64,000 nt of DNA from an uncultured Gammaproteobacteria bacterium (GCA_964553245.1 CAZKJM010000001.1:145806-209805), one strand, 5' to 3'; shown: positions 49,684-60,097, counted from the first letter of the stretch. Notes: a model not told the origin generated them from the letters alone. A program made the numbers and translations.

Positions 49684-49712
49684 TTGACAAGCAATTTTAA
49701 TAGTGCTATATT
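49684..49712 (+). promoter_or_regulatory. Sigma70-like promoter TTGACA-N17-TATATT
   Basis: Consensus -35 hexamer at 49684..49689 and a -10 hexamer at 49707..49712, reading toward the 49804/49852 gene. Confidence 0.5.
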
Positions 49713-49803
49713 TAGCTTATATCCTATAATATGAAATTAGCTTTGAATTTATTTAATTTTTATTGGACACGGGCTTCCCTTATTTAAAGGGGGCGGATAC
49801 TTT

Positions 49804-50253
49804 TTGTATTGCGCCTTTTCCTTTAAAAACAGGAAGCTTTTTTTATTGAAAATGAGAGAATTTGAACATAAAATTGGCGGAAGAATTGATATTAATGACG
49901 TGGGCAGAAGTGCTACGGAAGTTGCTACACGCTTTAGAATTGAACCCTATAAGGATAATGATGTTTATACAGGAAGAATATTACCGTTGAATACAAGAGC
50001 AGAAAAACCAAAATCTTTTTTAGTAGATCAATCCTTAATCGATACTGTTAAAGAAGTGTATGGCGCAATTGGCGCTGAAGATACGGCAAAATGTATAATT
50101 AATGCACTATTTAGCCCAGATACAAGCCGAAAAGAAAGACAACGTTTAATTGAACATATCCAAGAGTTAAGATGTGATCCTTCATCTCCAGAGGATGCGC
50201 TAGCTAAGCTTATAAAAGAAACACAAAATGGCAATGGAAATGGTAAAAAATAA
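49804..50253 (+). CDS. Hypothetical protein (start is either TTG 49804 with an AAGGGGG SD, or ATG 49852)
   Basis: 149 aa from the TTG. No recognised domain. C-terminus 'KETQNGNGNGKK'. Coding-like composition and a dedicated promoter. Confidence 0.5.
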   Translation: MYCAFSFKNRKLFLLKMREFEHKIGGRIDINDVGRSATEVATRFRIEPYKDNDVYTGRILPLNTRAEKPKSFLVDQSLIDTVKEVYGAIGAEDTAKCIINALFSPDTSRKERQRLIEHIQELRCDPSSPEDALAKLIKETQNGNGNGKK

Positions 50254-50266
50254 ATTTTTATTTAAA

Positions 50267-51922
50267 TTAAGTAATTTTTACACTTTTAATTTTTAACTCT
50301 ATACTAGAATTTCCGTTCCATACATTCTCGCTCAAAATATACGCTACATCAACTTTATCTCCAACAACTAATTTTAAGTCATTACCGGGGTTAAACCATA
50401 TTCCATTGATTTGGAAACTCGATTCACTATCAACTGGCGAATAACCTTTAAACCTGAATTTAAGGTGCTTATTGCCATTTCCAACCCATCTTAAATCCTT
50501 AATTATTAATCCTTTACTTACAAACACGGGTTGAGGATTTCCCATACCGAAGGGCTCTAGTCTTTTGATTTCATTAAATAGCTCATTATTTAATAAACTA
50601 AATGGCAATTCACAATCGATTTTTAAGATCTTCGTAAGCCTTTCTTTGTCCAATAATTTTTCTGCTAATCCCTCTAGTTTTTCTTTTATTTTTTCCAAAT
50701 CTTCTGTTTTGACTGTAAAACCGGCAGCCATGGGATGACCACCTGCGTCAATTAAGAAATCGGAAGCCTGTCTTATAAATTCAATAATATTAAAACCGCT
50801 TATTGATCTCGCTGAAGCCTTAGTGTATTTTTCTCCCTTGGATAAAACAATTGCAGGAAGATAATATTCTTCTACTAATTTTCCTGCTACTAAACCAATA
50901 ACTCCTTGTTCATAAATTTCATCATAAATAAAAATCAATTTCTTTTTATCTTGAGTGGCCAATTTTGCTTTTGCATTAAGCAAAGATTCTTCTGTTATTT
51001 TTTGTCGTTTTTTATTGGTTCTACCAAGTTTTTCCGCTAGTAATCTTGCTGCATTTTTGTCTTTTGTACATAAAAGCCTTAATGAATCCATTGCTTTTTC
51101 TATTCTTCCGGAGGCATTTATTCTTGGAGAAATAATATAACTTATTTCATAAACTCCAATATTTTCCTTAGCCAACCCCGCTTCTTTAATAATTTCCAAA
51201 AGCCCCGTATTTTTTGTATTTTTAATTTCTTTAATCCCTTGTTTTACAATTGCCCTATTGATTCCAACTAACGGCATTAGGTCTGCAATTGTTGCTAACG
51301 CGACTAAAACTAACTGATCATCATTTGTTTTTTTATTTAATTCACTACACAATACCCAGGAAACCCCTGCTCCGCATACCTTAGTTGAATGAATAATAGA
51401 AAATGCCTTGGGGAGTTTTTCCGAAGGAACATGATGATCGGTAATAATTACATCTATTCCTTCTTTGTTAGCAAATTCGACTGCTTCATTAGCAATGATC
51501 CCATTATCTACGGTAATTATCAATTCAACTTTTGGTATTTTATTTTTGATATTTGATATTCCTGTAACCGAAAGACCATATCCTTCATCTACTCTGTGCG
51601 GTATATATGGTAGGACTTTAGCACCATGATTATTTAAAGTTTCCCATAAAATTGTCGTTGCGCAAATTCCATCTACATCGTAATCTCCAAATACCACAAT
51701 CTGTTCTTTATTTTTAATCGCTAATTTAATCCTATTTACAGCTTTTTTTAAATTGTTTTTATCAATACTTACTAATTGGGAAATATTTTTTTTTAACTTT
51801 GGATCTAAAAATTCCTCAATTTGTTGCCTAGTTTTTATTCCCCTGTTTTCCAAAAGTATTTTTATAACATCTTTTATTTTAAATTTTTGGTTTTTGGATT
51901 TATTGATTGTTTGCCATTTCAT
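50267..51922 (-). CDS. recJ: Single-stranded-DNA-specific exonuclease RecJ
   Basis: DHH motifs 'VVFGDYDVDGICAT' and 'ITDHH'. DHHA1 region 'GGHPMAAGF'. Confidence 0.9.
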   Translation of the reverse strand: MKWQTINKSKNQKFKIKDVIKILLENRGIKTRQQIEEFLDPKLKKNISQLVSIDKNNLKKAVNRIKLAIKNKEQIVVFGDYDVDGICATTILWETLNNHGAKVLPYIPHRVDEGYGLSVTGISNIKNKIPKVELIITVDNGIIANEAVEFANKEGIDVIITDHHVPSEKLPKAFSIIHSTKVCGAGVSWVLCSELNKKTNDDQLVLVALATIADLMPLVGINRAIVKQGIKEIKNTKNTGLLEIIKEAGLAKENIGVYEISYIISPRINASGRIEKAMDSLRLLCTKDKNAARLLAEKLGRTNKKRQKITEESLLNAKAKLATQDKKKLIFIYDEIYEQGVIGLVAGKLVEEYYLPAIVLSKGEKYTKASARSISGFNIIEFIRQASDFLIDAGGHPMAAGFTVKTEDLEKIKEKLEGLAEKLLDKERLTKILKIDCELPFSLLNNELFNEIKRLEPFGMGNPQPVFVSKGLIIKDLRWVGNGNKHLKFRFKGYSPVDSESSFQINGIWFNPGNDLKLVVGDKVDVAYILSENVWNGNSSIELKIKSVKIT

Positions 51923-52025
51923 TTTTATTTTTGCTTGTCCTTTGCAATTTTAACAAAGGAAAAAATTTTGATTTTTGAACTTCTGTTGCTATACTATAAC
52001 AAATTCCTTATCTATTTAACAATTT

Positions 52026-53399
52026 ATGCAAAATTTTATTCCAAAAGAGGTTTTAAAAATTTATAAAAAAATAGAAGATTCCGGTCGCAAGGTATATTTT
52101 GTTGGAGGATGCGTTAGAGATATTTTTCTACAAAGAGCTACAAAAGACTGGGATATGGCAACTTCGGCAACTCCTGAGGAAATTTTAAAGCTTTTTAAAG
52201 AAGGGTTTTACGACAATAAATTCGGCACTGTCGGAATACCGATTAAACCGAATAATCAATTAGCAGACAAGGAAAAAGAAATCATAGAGATAACTACCTT
52301 TCGGACAGAACACGGCTACGCTGATAAAAGACATCCGAAAATTGTTAAGTGGGGAAAAACTATAGAAGAAGATTTATCAAGAAGAGATTTTACAATAAAT
52401 GCAATTGCCGTAATGTTTGATAAAGAAAAGACTATTATTATTGATCCATTTGGAGGACAAAAGGATATTGATAAAAAAATTATCAGGGCAGTTGGAAATC
52501 CCAAGGAAAGATTCAAAGAAGACGCGCTAAGATTAATACGGGCCGTTAGACTTGCAACAGAGCTTTCTTTTAACGTAGAAGAAGATACTCTTAATGAAAT
52601 TAAAAACGACTCCAATCTTATTAAAGAAATTTCATTTGAAAGAATTAGGGATGAGTTAATAAAAATTTTAGCAAGCGATTCTTCTTACGAAGGAATTATG
52701 CTTCTTAAAGAATGCGGATTATTGGGTTATATTATTCCAGAAATCTTAGAGGGCGTTGATGTTTCGCAGGAAAGACCGGGCAGACATCATACAACAGATG
52801 TTTTCACCCATAATGTACTTTCTTTAAAATTTTGCCCATCAAAAGATCCAGTTGTTAAATTTGCTGCTTTAATCCACGATATTGGGAAACCACAAGTTGC
52901 TACAAAAGACGAAAAAGGATATGTTGTTTTTCATAATCACGAATTATCAGGGACAAAAATTGCATACGAAATATGTAAAAGACTCAGGTTTTCTAAAAAA
53001 GTTAGAGAAAGAATAATTAATTTAATAAGATGGCATATGTTTACTGTTGATGAAAAAATTACAGATGCGGCCATTAGAAGATTTATACGAAAAGTTGGAA
53101 TAGAAAACGTAAAGGACATTATTGACTTAAGAATTGGGGACAGGCTTGGAGGAGGAACTCAAACAGCCGAGAGTTGGAGACTAAAACTTTTTAAAAAAAG
53201 AATTGAGGAACAATTAAAACCAAAACCTTTTTCGATTGACGACATGGTAATTGATGGAAATGATGTAATGAAAATTTTAAAAATTGAACCGAGTAAAAAA
53301 GTTGGTGAAATTTTACAAAAATTGTTTGAGGAAGTAGATGAAGATTTATCAAAAAATAATAAGAAATATCTATTAAAAAGGGTACAAAAACTATCTTAA
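52026..53399 (+). CDS. cca: tRNA nucleotidyltransferase (CCA-adding/poly(A) polymerase family) with HD domain
   Basis: Head domain 'VYFVGGCVRDIFL...DWDMAT' and 'RRDFTINAIA'. HD domain 'ALIHDIGKP'. Shared upstream 'TGCTATACT' extended -10-like element. Confidence 0.85.
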   Translation: MQNFIPKEVLKIYKKIEDSGRKVYFVGGCVRDIFLQRATKDWDMATSATPEEILKLFKEGFYDNKFGTVGIPIKPNNQLADKEKEIIEITTFRTEHGYADKRHPKIVKWGKTIEEDLSRRDFTINAIAVMFDKEKTIIIDPFGGQKDIDKKIIRAVGNPKERFKEDALRLIRAVRLATELSFNVEEDTLNEIKNDSNLIKEISFERIRDELIKILASDSSYEGIMLLKECGLLGYIIPEILEGVDVSQERPGRHHTTDVFTHNVLSLKFCPSKDPVVKFAALIHDIGKPQVATKDEKGYVVFHNHELSGTKIAYEICKRLRFSKKVRERIINLIRWHMFTVDEKITDAAIRRFIRKVGIENVKDIIDLRIGDRLGGGTQTAESWRLKLFKKRIEEQLKPKPFSIDDMVIDGNDVMKILKIEPSKKVGEILQKLFEEVDEDLSKNNKKYLLKRVQKLS

Positions 53400-53435
53400 T
53401 TTTTTTTAAAATTTCTGCTATACTCTTATCTTGTC

Positions 53436-54587
53436 GTGAAAAAATATTTTACCTCCGAATCAGTCACCGAAGGACACCCGGATAAAATATGTGACCAAAT
53501 TGCAGATGCAGTTTTGGATGTTGTTTTAAAAGATGATCCAAATGCTGCTTGCTGCTGTGAAGTTTTTACAACAACAGGGATGGTTGTAATAGGTGGAGAA
53601 ATTACTACAAAAACCTATGTTGATGTTCAAAAGATCGCAAGAGAGGTTTTAAAAGATATTGGCTATACAAATGCCGACTACGGAATTGATTACAAATCCT
53701 GCTCGATAATAAACGTTATTCACGAACAAAGTTTGGATATTGCCCAAGGAGAAGATCCAAAAAAAGCGCTTCATAAAGCGCAAGGAGCAGGAGATCAAGG
53801 AATGATGGTTGGATACGCAAGTAATGAAACAAAAGAATTAATGCCTCTTCCAATTACGCTTGCACACGGTTTAACAAAACGTTTAGCAGAAGTCAGAAAA
53901 AAGAAAATAATTCCCTATCTTCGTCCGGACGGAAAAGCCCAGGTTACGATTGAATATGAAAACAACAAGCCAATCGGTATAGAAACCGTTGTTGTTGCTG
54001 CACAACACGATGACAAAATTCCTTATAAAAAAATTAGGGCAGATATTATTAATAAAGTTATTAAACCTGTTTGCAAAAAATTGTTAAACGGAAAAGCAAA
54101 AATTTATATTAACGAAACAGGAAAATTTGTAACAGGTGGTCCTCAAGGAGATACGGGGGTAACGGGAAGAAAAATAATTGTTGATACATATGGTGGAATG
54201 GCAAGACACGGCGGAGGAGCTTTTAGTGGTAAAGTGCCAAATAAACAAGACCGAAGTGGAGCTTATATGGCACGCTATATTGCAAAAAATGTCGTAGCAG
54301 CAGGCTTTGCAGATAAATGTGAAATTCAACTTGCTTATGCAATCGGATATCCTGAACCGGTTTCTGTCCATGTAGAAACATTCGAAACAGGTAAAATAGA
54401 CGAAGACAAAATTGAAAAAGCAATTAGGGAAGTGTTTGATATGAGCCCTTCGGGAATAATTAATACTCTTAATTTAAGAAGACCAATTTACCGAAAAACC
54501 GCAACTTATGGACACTTTGGCCGACCGGAATTCCCTTGGGAGAAAACCGATAAAGTGACAGCTCTTAGGAAATTTGCTAAACTTTAG
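53436..54587 (+). CDS. metK: S-adenosylmethionine synthetase
   Basis: GTG start giving '[23 protein letters not shown]'. 'GGGAFSGK' P-loop. Canonical MetK throughout. Confidence 0.9.
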   Translation: MKKYFTSESVTEGHPDKICDQIADAVLDVVLKDDPNAACCCEVFTTTGMVVIGGEITTKTYVDVQKIAREVLKDIGYTNADYGIDYKSCSIINVIHEQSLDIAQGEDPKKALHKAQGAGDQGMMVGYASNETKELMPLPITLAHGLTKRLAEVRKKKIIPYLRPDGKAQVTIEYENNKPIGIETVVVAAQHDDKIPYKKIRADIINKVIKPVCKKLLNGKAKIYINETGKFVTGGPQGDTGVTGRKIIVDTYGGMARHGGGAFSGKVPNKQDRSGAYMARYIAKNVVAAGFADKCEIQLAYAIGYPEPVSVHVETFETGKIDEDKIEKAIREVFDMSPSGIINTLNLRRPIYRKTATYGHFGRPEFPWEKTDKVTALRKFAKL

Positions 54588-54589
54588 TT

Positions 54590-55045
54590 ATGACAAAACA
54601 AGCTCTTCGCGATGAACTTAAAAATTCAATGCTTGCTAAGGACGAAATAAAAACTTCTGTCCTTCGAATGCTTCTTTCCGCAATTAATTATTACGAAATT
54701 CAAAAAGGCGGAGCTGGATACGAAGCGAGTGAAGAAGATGTTCTTTCTGTAATTCAAAAAGAAGTAAAACAACACAATGATTCAATTGAGCAATTTAAAA
54801 ATGCAGGAAGACAAGATTTAGTAGATAAAGAAACAAAAGAACTTGAAATATTAAAAAAATATATGCCGGAACAAATGAACGAAGAAGAAGTAAAAAAAAT
54901 TGTCATAGAAACAATAAATGAAATAAAACCAGCCGGAATACAAGATATGGGAAAGATTATGGGCGCATTAATGCCAAAATTCAAAGGCAAAGCTGACGGA
55001 AATTTAGTCAGCAAAATCGTTAAAGAATCTTTGTCTACCTCTTAA
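54590..55045 (+). CDS. GatB/YqeY domain protein
   Basis: 151 aa. 'LRDELKNSMLAKDEIKTSVLRMLLSAI' and 'MGKIMGALMPKFKGKADGNLVSKIVKE' are typical of YqeY. Confidence 0.8.
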   Translation: MTKQALRDELKNSMLAKDEIKTSVLRMLLSAINYYEIQKGGAGYEASEEDVLSVIQKEVKQHNDSIEQFKNAGRQDLVDKETKELEILKKYMPEQMNEEEVKKIVIETINEIKPAGIQDMGKIMGALMPKFKGKADGNLVSKIVKESLSTS

Positions 55046-55943
55046 GCTTTTTTCTTTTTTCCGACCATTCCTGCCACACCACTAATAGAGGCGCAGCGTT
55101 AAATATGGAAGAATATGTCCCACTAACAATACCTATTAACAAAGCGACAACAAACCAACGGATTGATTCTCCTCCAAACAAAAGAAGCGCCAGTAAAACC
55201 AACACTACCGTCAATGATGTATTTAATGACCTGTCTAATGTTTGTAATATTGAATCGTTAACGATTTTTTCAAAAGGAGAACCCATCATTCTTTTTAAGT
55301 TTTCTCTTACTCTATCAAATACAACAATTGTGTCATGAACGGAAAATCCGATTATAGTCAATACTGCTGTTACAAATAAACTATCAATTTCTACATCAAA
55401 AAAGCGTCCGAAGATTGCAAAAATCCCGACAATAACCAATACGTCATGAATTAATGCCAAAACCGCGCAAACTCCAAACCTAAAGCTACTTGCAGGTTTT
55501 GGAACTTGTCTAAAAGACCATGTTATATATAAAACGATCAGCAATGACGCTACTAATATTGCTTTAATAGCGTTTGAAGTTGTTTCTGAACCGATTGATG
55601 GTCCTATTGTTTCGAAATCTCCTTGTTTAATTCCGTTTATTTTATTACCAAGACTCCAAATTATTTTATTGTTTTTATTCTGATCAATGGCTTGAGTTCT
55701 TAACGAAACTGTTTTATCCGACAACTCTATCGTTGCAATTTTTATGTTATTTTCTTCAAAAACGGATTTAATTATTTTTACGTTTTTATTATTAGCCTTT
55801 TCCGGTAAAAAGAAAGTCATTCTAGATCCACCAGTAAAATCAATAGACAGGTTAAGCCCGTATAAAAACAGAGCAATTGTTCCGGGAATAATAATAATTA
55901 AAGAAATTAAAAAGTATAAATATTTTTTTCCGATTATATTCAT
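55035..55943 (-). CDS. secF: Protein translocase subunit SecF
   Basis: 302 aa. 'LSIDFTGGSRMTF' and six C-terminal TM segments. Lies 1 nt downstream of secD. Confidence 0.9.
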   Translation of the reverse strand: MNIIGKKYLYFLISLIIIIPGTIALFLYGLNLSIDFTGGSRMTFFLPEKANNKNVKIIKSVFEENNIKIATIELSDKTVSLRTQAIDQNKNNKIIWSLGNKINGIKQGDFETIGPSIGSETTSNAIKAILVASLLIVLYITWSFRQVPKPASSFRFGVCAVLALIHDVLVIVGIFAIFGRFFDVEIDSLFVTAVLTIIGFSVHDTIVVFDRVRENLKRMMGSPFEKIVNDSILQTLDRSLNTSLTVVLVLLALLLFGGESIRWFVVALLIGIVSGTYSSIFNAAPLLVVWQEWSEKRKKLKR

Positions 55944-55944
55944 A

Positions 55945-57285
55945 TTATTTATAAACTGATCTTAAAAAAGTTCTAGTTACAACAATTGCCGAAAACATAG
56001 ATGTTAAAACCCCAATCGCCAAAATTAAGGCAAATCCCTTAACCATTCCTGTACCAAAATTGTACAGAACCATACAGGTTATTAAGGTAGAAACATTTGA
56101 ATCTCTAATTGAAGTCCAGGCCCTAGAAAAACCAGTTTCTATAGCTGACTGTTCACTTTTGCCAAGGCGTTTTTCTTCTTTAGTTCTTTCAAAAATTAAA
56201 ATATTTGCATCAACTGCCATACCTATAGATAAAATGAAGCCAGCGATTCCGGAAAGAGTTAAGGTTATTCCATAGGGAGTTAAAGAACTAATTTTAAAAA
56301 TTGCTAAATTAAATAATGTGTAAAGAAGCAAAGCAATACTTGCTATAAAACCAAGTTTTCCATATAAAACAATCATAAAAATTATTATTATAAGAAGTCC
56401 TATTGCTCCTGCAAAAAAACTTTTCTGAAGCGACGAAATACCAAGAGTCGGGCTAATCATTTTTTCCGAAAGAGATGTTAATGGAACAGGCAAAGCACCT
56501 GCATTTAATTGCGTACTTAAATTATTGGCGGTTTCTATATTAAAGGATCCGTTTATTACAGCATTTCCTGTTAAGATTGGTTCATTAACCTTTGGCGCCT
56601 CTATTAAAATATTATCGAGAACTATTGCGAGCACTTTGTTTACATTTCTTTTTGTAATTTCTCCAAATTTATTACTTCCTTCGCTTGTAAAAACTAATTG
56701 CACTTGCGGTTTGCCGGTATTCTGGTCAAAGGTTACATTTGTATTCTGTAGGTCTTTCCCGGAGAGATTAGTTTTTCTAAAATTTGAGTTTAACCCCAAT
56801 GGATAACCGGAGGTAGTTGCTGTTTTTGCTGATTCTGTTGCAATTTCTTCCCAAAAAGTAAGTTCTGCCGTTGTGCCGATTATATTTCTTGCCTGAGCAA
56901 TGTCTATTCCAGGTAATTCAACTATTATCCTCGATTCGTTACTAACAATGGAGGTTTGAACAATGGGTTCGGAAACACCGAATAAATTTACTCGTCTTTC
57001 TATTATGTTTCTTGCTGCCTCCAATGCCGCGCTCTTCTGCGAAGAGGCAATATTTGACATATCTGCTTTATAAGCGATCTCCGTTCCGCCCTCCAGGTCC
57101 AAACCTTTCCTAAACTTAAGCTCTTTTTTTATACCTATGGAACTCAGTGTCTTATTGGTATCTATGTTAATTTTTTTATTGACCAGTGGTATATTTAAAT
57201 TTTCTATTTTGGGTAAAATAATAAAAACCGATGAGACAGTTAAAAAAATAATAAACCAAAAAAGAAAACGTGGATTTTTTCTCAT
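55945..57285 (-). CDS. secD: Protein translocase subunit SecD
   Basis: 446 aa. 'GLDLEGGTEIAYKADMS' and a C-terminal six-TM domain. Confidence 0.9.
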   Translation of the reverse strand: MRKNPRFLFWFIIFLTVSSVFIILPKIENLNIPLVNKKINIDTNKTLSSIGIKKELKFRKGLDLEGGTEIAYKADMSNIASSQKSAALEAARNIIERRVNLFGVSEPIVQTSIVSNESRIIVELPGIDIAQARNIIGTTAELTFWEEIATESAKTATTSGYPLGLNSNFRKTNLSGKDLQNTNVTFDQNTGKPQVQLVFTSEGSNKFGEITKRNVNKVLAIVLDNILIEAPKVNEPILTGNAVINGSFNIETANNLSTQLNAGALPVPLTSLSEKMISPTLGISSLQKSFFAGAIGLLIIIIFMIVLYGKLGFIASIALLLYTLFNLAIFKISSLTPYGITLTLSGIAGFILSIGMAVDANILIFERTKEEKRLGKSEQSAIETGFSRAWTSIRDSNVSTLITCMVLYNFGTGMVKGFALILAIGVLTSMFSAIVVTRTFLRSVYK

Positions 57286-57857
57286 GAAAGCATTGACTCC
57301 TCATCTCCAATTAACATTACCCTTGAAACCGATAAAATAGAAGTTATAAAGGGGTCTCTCTTTTTCCTTCTAAACTCAAATTCTTCTTCTGTCATAACAG
57401 TATAGTTTATTTCTGTATTTAGCCTTTTTTCTTCATTTCTAACCAAAAGAGCCAATTCCGGTAAAACTACTGTTCCTACCAAAAGTAAATCTACCTGATC
57501 CGGTTCGTCTTTTAGTTTTCTTACAAATTTACCGGAAAACATTGCGTATTTTATTTTTCCAAGTTTGACTCTATTTTTAAGAATATCTGCGCCCAATCCC
57601 ATACTTTTTGCTCCAATTTTTAATAGATCATAATAAAAAGGGTATGTCCTAGATAATGAATAATAAACTCTATTTGCCCTTGGTTCTTTATTTAATATTC
57701 CTTTTTTTTCTAAAAATGCTAATTCTCTTCTAACAGCATTAATTTCATCACCGGTTTTTCTAACCAATTCTCTAACATGATACATTTCCCCTGGTGAGGT
57801 TAAAAAAACATTGAGTAATTTTACTCTTGCCTTAGATGTTATTAAATCAAAAAACAT
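57282..57857 (-). CDS. Winged-helix transcriptional regulator with uncharacterized C-terminal domain
   Basis: 191 aa. N-terminal 'KARVKLLNVFLTSPGEMYHVRELVRKTGDEINAVRRELAFLEKKGIL' is ArsR/wHTH-like. The C-terminal half ('VDLLLVG') is unassigned. Confidence 0.55.
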   Translation of the reverse strand: MFFDLITSKARVKLLNVFLTSPGEMYHVRELVRKTGDEINAVRRELAFLEKKGILNKEPRANRVYYSLSRTYPFYYDLLKIGAKSMGLGADILKNRVKLGKIKYAMFSGKFVRKLKDEPDQVDLLLVGTVVLPELALLVRNEEKRLNTEINYTVMTEEEFEFRRKKRDPFITSILSVSRVMLIGDEESMLS

Positions 57858-57870
57858 AATCCTCGCCCTC

Positions 57871-59052
57871 CTACTTAATATTGGCTACTCCATCTGTGGG
57901 CAGGATCTCAAACCAAATATTTCCGCGGTTGAATTCAATCTTTTTTCCATTTGCATCAAAAAGCTGTGTCCTCCCAACGCGCTTATCCTTTTTCCATGTT
58001 CCGTTTGTCTTTTTTCCATCCATTAAAATCGTTGCCTTACCCGTTCCTTTAGTTTTGTACAGTAAATGTAAATTATTTTCATATCCGTCATTAGCGCTGC
58101 TTTCTTGCATAAATAAAATAGCAATGTTTTTTGCTGTTATCTGCTTATTTGTATTTCTGTCTATATGAGGTTGCCCTCCATTATTCCTTTTGTAAACATT
58201 TAGAGTCGAATCATATATCCAGTCTACATAATAATTTGCATTTCCGTCCCAAAATTCTAGATGTGCCGTTTGAGTACTACCTCTTTCGGAAGAAGAAGCA
58301 TCATCTTTAAAACTATATTCTACAAAATCCTCATCCCAGGATTTTCCGTCTTCGTTTACATTTGATAATTTTCTGTTTTCTTTTCCATATTTCCATAACT
58401 TTTCTGTTGTGGAGTACATTGTATGCTCGGTATCGGTATCATGTCCTAGTCTTCCATAATCTCTCCAAAAAACAGGAAAGCCTATTGAAAATTGGTTTAG
58501 GTCATTGTAGCCTGTCCAACCGTAATCAGATATTTGAGATATTGCATCTGCAGGACCGGGTTGATTGGCTCCTCCAACGTGAGCATAAAGCGGAAAATCA
58601 CCGTATTCTGATGCAAAATCAAGAAAGTAAGTCCTCGCAGACCTAATCGGTCCAACTTGTCCTGCATCCTGACAATAATATAATGCCAAAAATCTTGTTA
58701 TTCCACCTTCTGCTACTGCTTCATAAACAACATCTGCATAAGATAAACCTGACTGTGGTCTTGCATTTTCGTGATTTTCTATCATTACACCAAGGGGTCT
58801 GTGTTTTTCCCACCAGCTTTTTTGTTGTTTTGAATATTTTACGCCATTTAATGGACAAGCTTCTGTTTTAGGTAATTTATCATCAAAAACTGTTTGTCCA
58901 TCCGCATTTTTAGTTGGAGAAGCAGTTGTGATTAATTCATCACCCGCTACGCCTCTTGAGAATAATAAATAAGATACACCTGTAGATGCAATATAAACTA
59001 AAATTATTAAAATTAATGTTAAGGTTTTATTATTTCCCATTTTATTTTGCAA
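57871..59052 (-). CDS. DUF3048-family (YerB-like) secreted/anchored protein
   Basis: 393 aa. N-terminal TM segment. 'ENHENARPQSGLSYADVVYEAVAEGGITRFLALY' matches DUF3048. Confidence 0.7.
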   Translation of the reverse strand: MQNKMGNNKTLTLILIILVYIASTGVSYLLFSRGVAGDELITTASPTKNADGQTVFDDKLPKTEACPLNGVKYSKQQKSWWEKHRPLGVMIENHENARPQSGLSYADVVYEAVAEGGITRFLALYYCQDAGQVGPIRSARTYFLDFASEYGDFPLYAHVGGANQPGPADAISQISDYGWTGYNDLNQFSIGFPVFWRDYGRLGHDTDTEHTMYSTTEKLWKYGKENRKLSNVNEDGKSWDEDFVEYSFKDDASSSERGSTQTAHLEFWDGNANYYVDWIYDSTLNVYKRNNGGQPHIDRNTNKQITAKNIAILFMQESSANDGYENNLHLLYKTKGTGKATILMDGKKTNGTWKKDKRVGRTQLFDANGKKIEFNRGNIWFEILPTDGVANIK

Positions 59053-59506
59053 CTCTTGCTTCCTTTATTGATTTTTTTTCTTCTTCAGACAAATCATGAT
59101 CCAGTCCTTTTCCGTTTTCTACTTTTTTTGCATACCATCTTGTCCCTGATCTGGAATAAAGGCCAGATATTACTACTCCCGTATCGTTACTGTCTAATAA
59201 AGAAAGAATAAAGCTCTGATCTCCACCTGTGTCTTTAAATGGATTAAAACGAATTAATCCTAGTTTCTGAACATGTAATTTTCCCTCTTTATCAATTTTA
59301 GCTGTGTAATCCTTAAGATTCTTTATTTCATTTTCCTGGAATCTAACATCTTTTAATAAATTTTCCAGTACTGTTTTTAAACTTTTTTCACTTATGCCTT
59401 TTGTTAATTTATTATAGTGAGAAATCGATCTCCATGAAAAAAATGTTATTAACAAAAGCCAAATCAAAACAAAAACAAACAATCCCAAAATTAAATTGGA
59501 TACCAT
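59042..59506 (-). CDS. DUF4446-family protein
   Basis: 154 aa. N-terminal TM segment. 'LGLIRFNPFKDTGGDQSFILSLLDSNDTGVVISGLYSRSGTRWYAK' matches DUF4446. Confidence 0.7.
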   Translation of the reverse strand: MVSNLILGLFVFVLIWLLLITFFSWRSISHYNKLTKGISEKSLKTVLENLLKDVRFQENEIKNLKDYTAKIDKEGKLHVQKLGLIRFNPFKDTGGDQSFILSLLDSNDTGVVISGLYSRSGTRWYAKKVENGKGLDHDLSEEEKKSIKEARVAK

Positions 59507-59519
59507 AGATACTCATATT

Positions 59520-59559
59520 ATATTAGCCTCTTGACAGCCTCGTGTCAATAGTGTAATCT
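59520..59559. promoter_or_regulatory. Face-to-face divergent promoter pair built on a palindromic -35 pair (TTGACA-N6-TGTCAA)
   Basis: Plus strand: TTGACA(59531..59536)-N17-TAATCT(59554..59559), leading to the ATG at 59571. Minus strand: TTGACA (plus coordinates 59543..59548)-N17-TAATAT (59520..59525), leading to the ATG at 59506. Both have short, SD-less leaders. Confidence 0.45.
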
Positions 59560-59570
59560 AGGCTTCTAGC

Positions 59571-59879
59571 ATGGCTAAGAAGAAAAAAACTAGACAACAG
59601 AAAATAATTGCAGATTTAAGAAAACAATTATTAAAAGATAATCTTAGTAGCCAAAGGCTTCAAGAACAAAGCTTTGATAATTCATTTGAAAAAAAGCTGG
59701 ATAAAGACACCATAACCCTCAACGCTACCAAACAAAACAATCAGTTAGTTAATTTTAATTATTTAATCCATGACCTTAAAAAAACCGCAATCCTCACGTC
59801 ATCTGTTATTGTCTTGCAAATTATTCTGTACATACTTTTAACAAACCGTTTATTAATTTTGCCTGGATTAACTTATTGA
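59571..59879 (+). CDS. Hypothetical protein with C-terminal TM anchor
   Basis: 102 aa. Lys-rich N-terminus and C-terminal 'AILTSSVIVLQIILYILLTNRLLIL'. Confidence 0.5.
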   Translation: MAKKKKTRQQKIIADLRKQLLKDNLSSQRLQEQSFDNSFEKKLDKDTITLNATKQNNQLVNFNYLIHDLKKTAILTSSVIVLQIILYILLTNRLLILPGLTY

Positions 59880-59899
59880 TTGAAAGGGGGTGATTTTAA

Positions 59900-60043
59900 A
59901 TGGCATCAATGTATTGTGTTAAATGTCGCGCAAAAAGAGAAGATCCTAATGCGGAAAAAGTAACCATGAAAAATGGCAAACCGGCACTTAAAGGAAAATG
60001 CCCAGTTTGTGGTACAGGAATGTACAAAATTGGCGCAGCCTAG
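59900..60043 (+). CDS. Small zinc-ribbon protein (DUF5679-like), missed by the ORF track
   Basis: 47 aa, 'MASMYCVKCRAKREDPNAEKVTMKNGKPALKGKCPVCGTGMYKIGAA'. Two CxxC pairs. Strong SD 'AAAGGGGGTGA' 7 nt upstream. Intrinsic terminator downstream. Confidence 0.75.
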   Translation: MASMYCVKCRAKREDPNAEKVTMKNGKPALKGKCPVCGTGMYKIGAA

Positions 60044-60097
60044 TCTCTTGAAGCTCCTATCGATAGGAAAATGATATCCTTCAAGAGCTAATAAAAA

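Noticed and set aside
51753-52066. Plus-strand ORFs 51753..51953 and 51821..52066 overlapping the recJ start and the recJ/cca divergent intergenic region
   Set aside because: They have low-complexity F/L/I-rich products and cover promoter DNA between divergent genes. They are probably non-coding.
41340-52615. Antisense ORFs inside the helicase, gltX, aspS, recJ and cca genes (41340..41729, 45615..45908, 48963..49178, 50955..51140, 52316..52615)
   Set aside because: They are embedded opposite genes with unambiguous catalytic motifs and have no motifs of their own.
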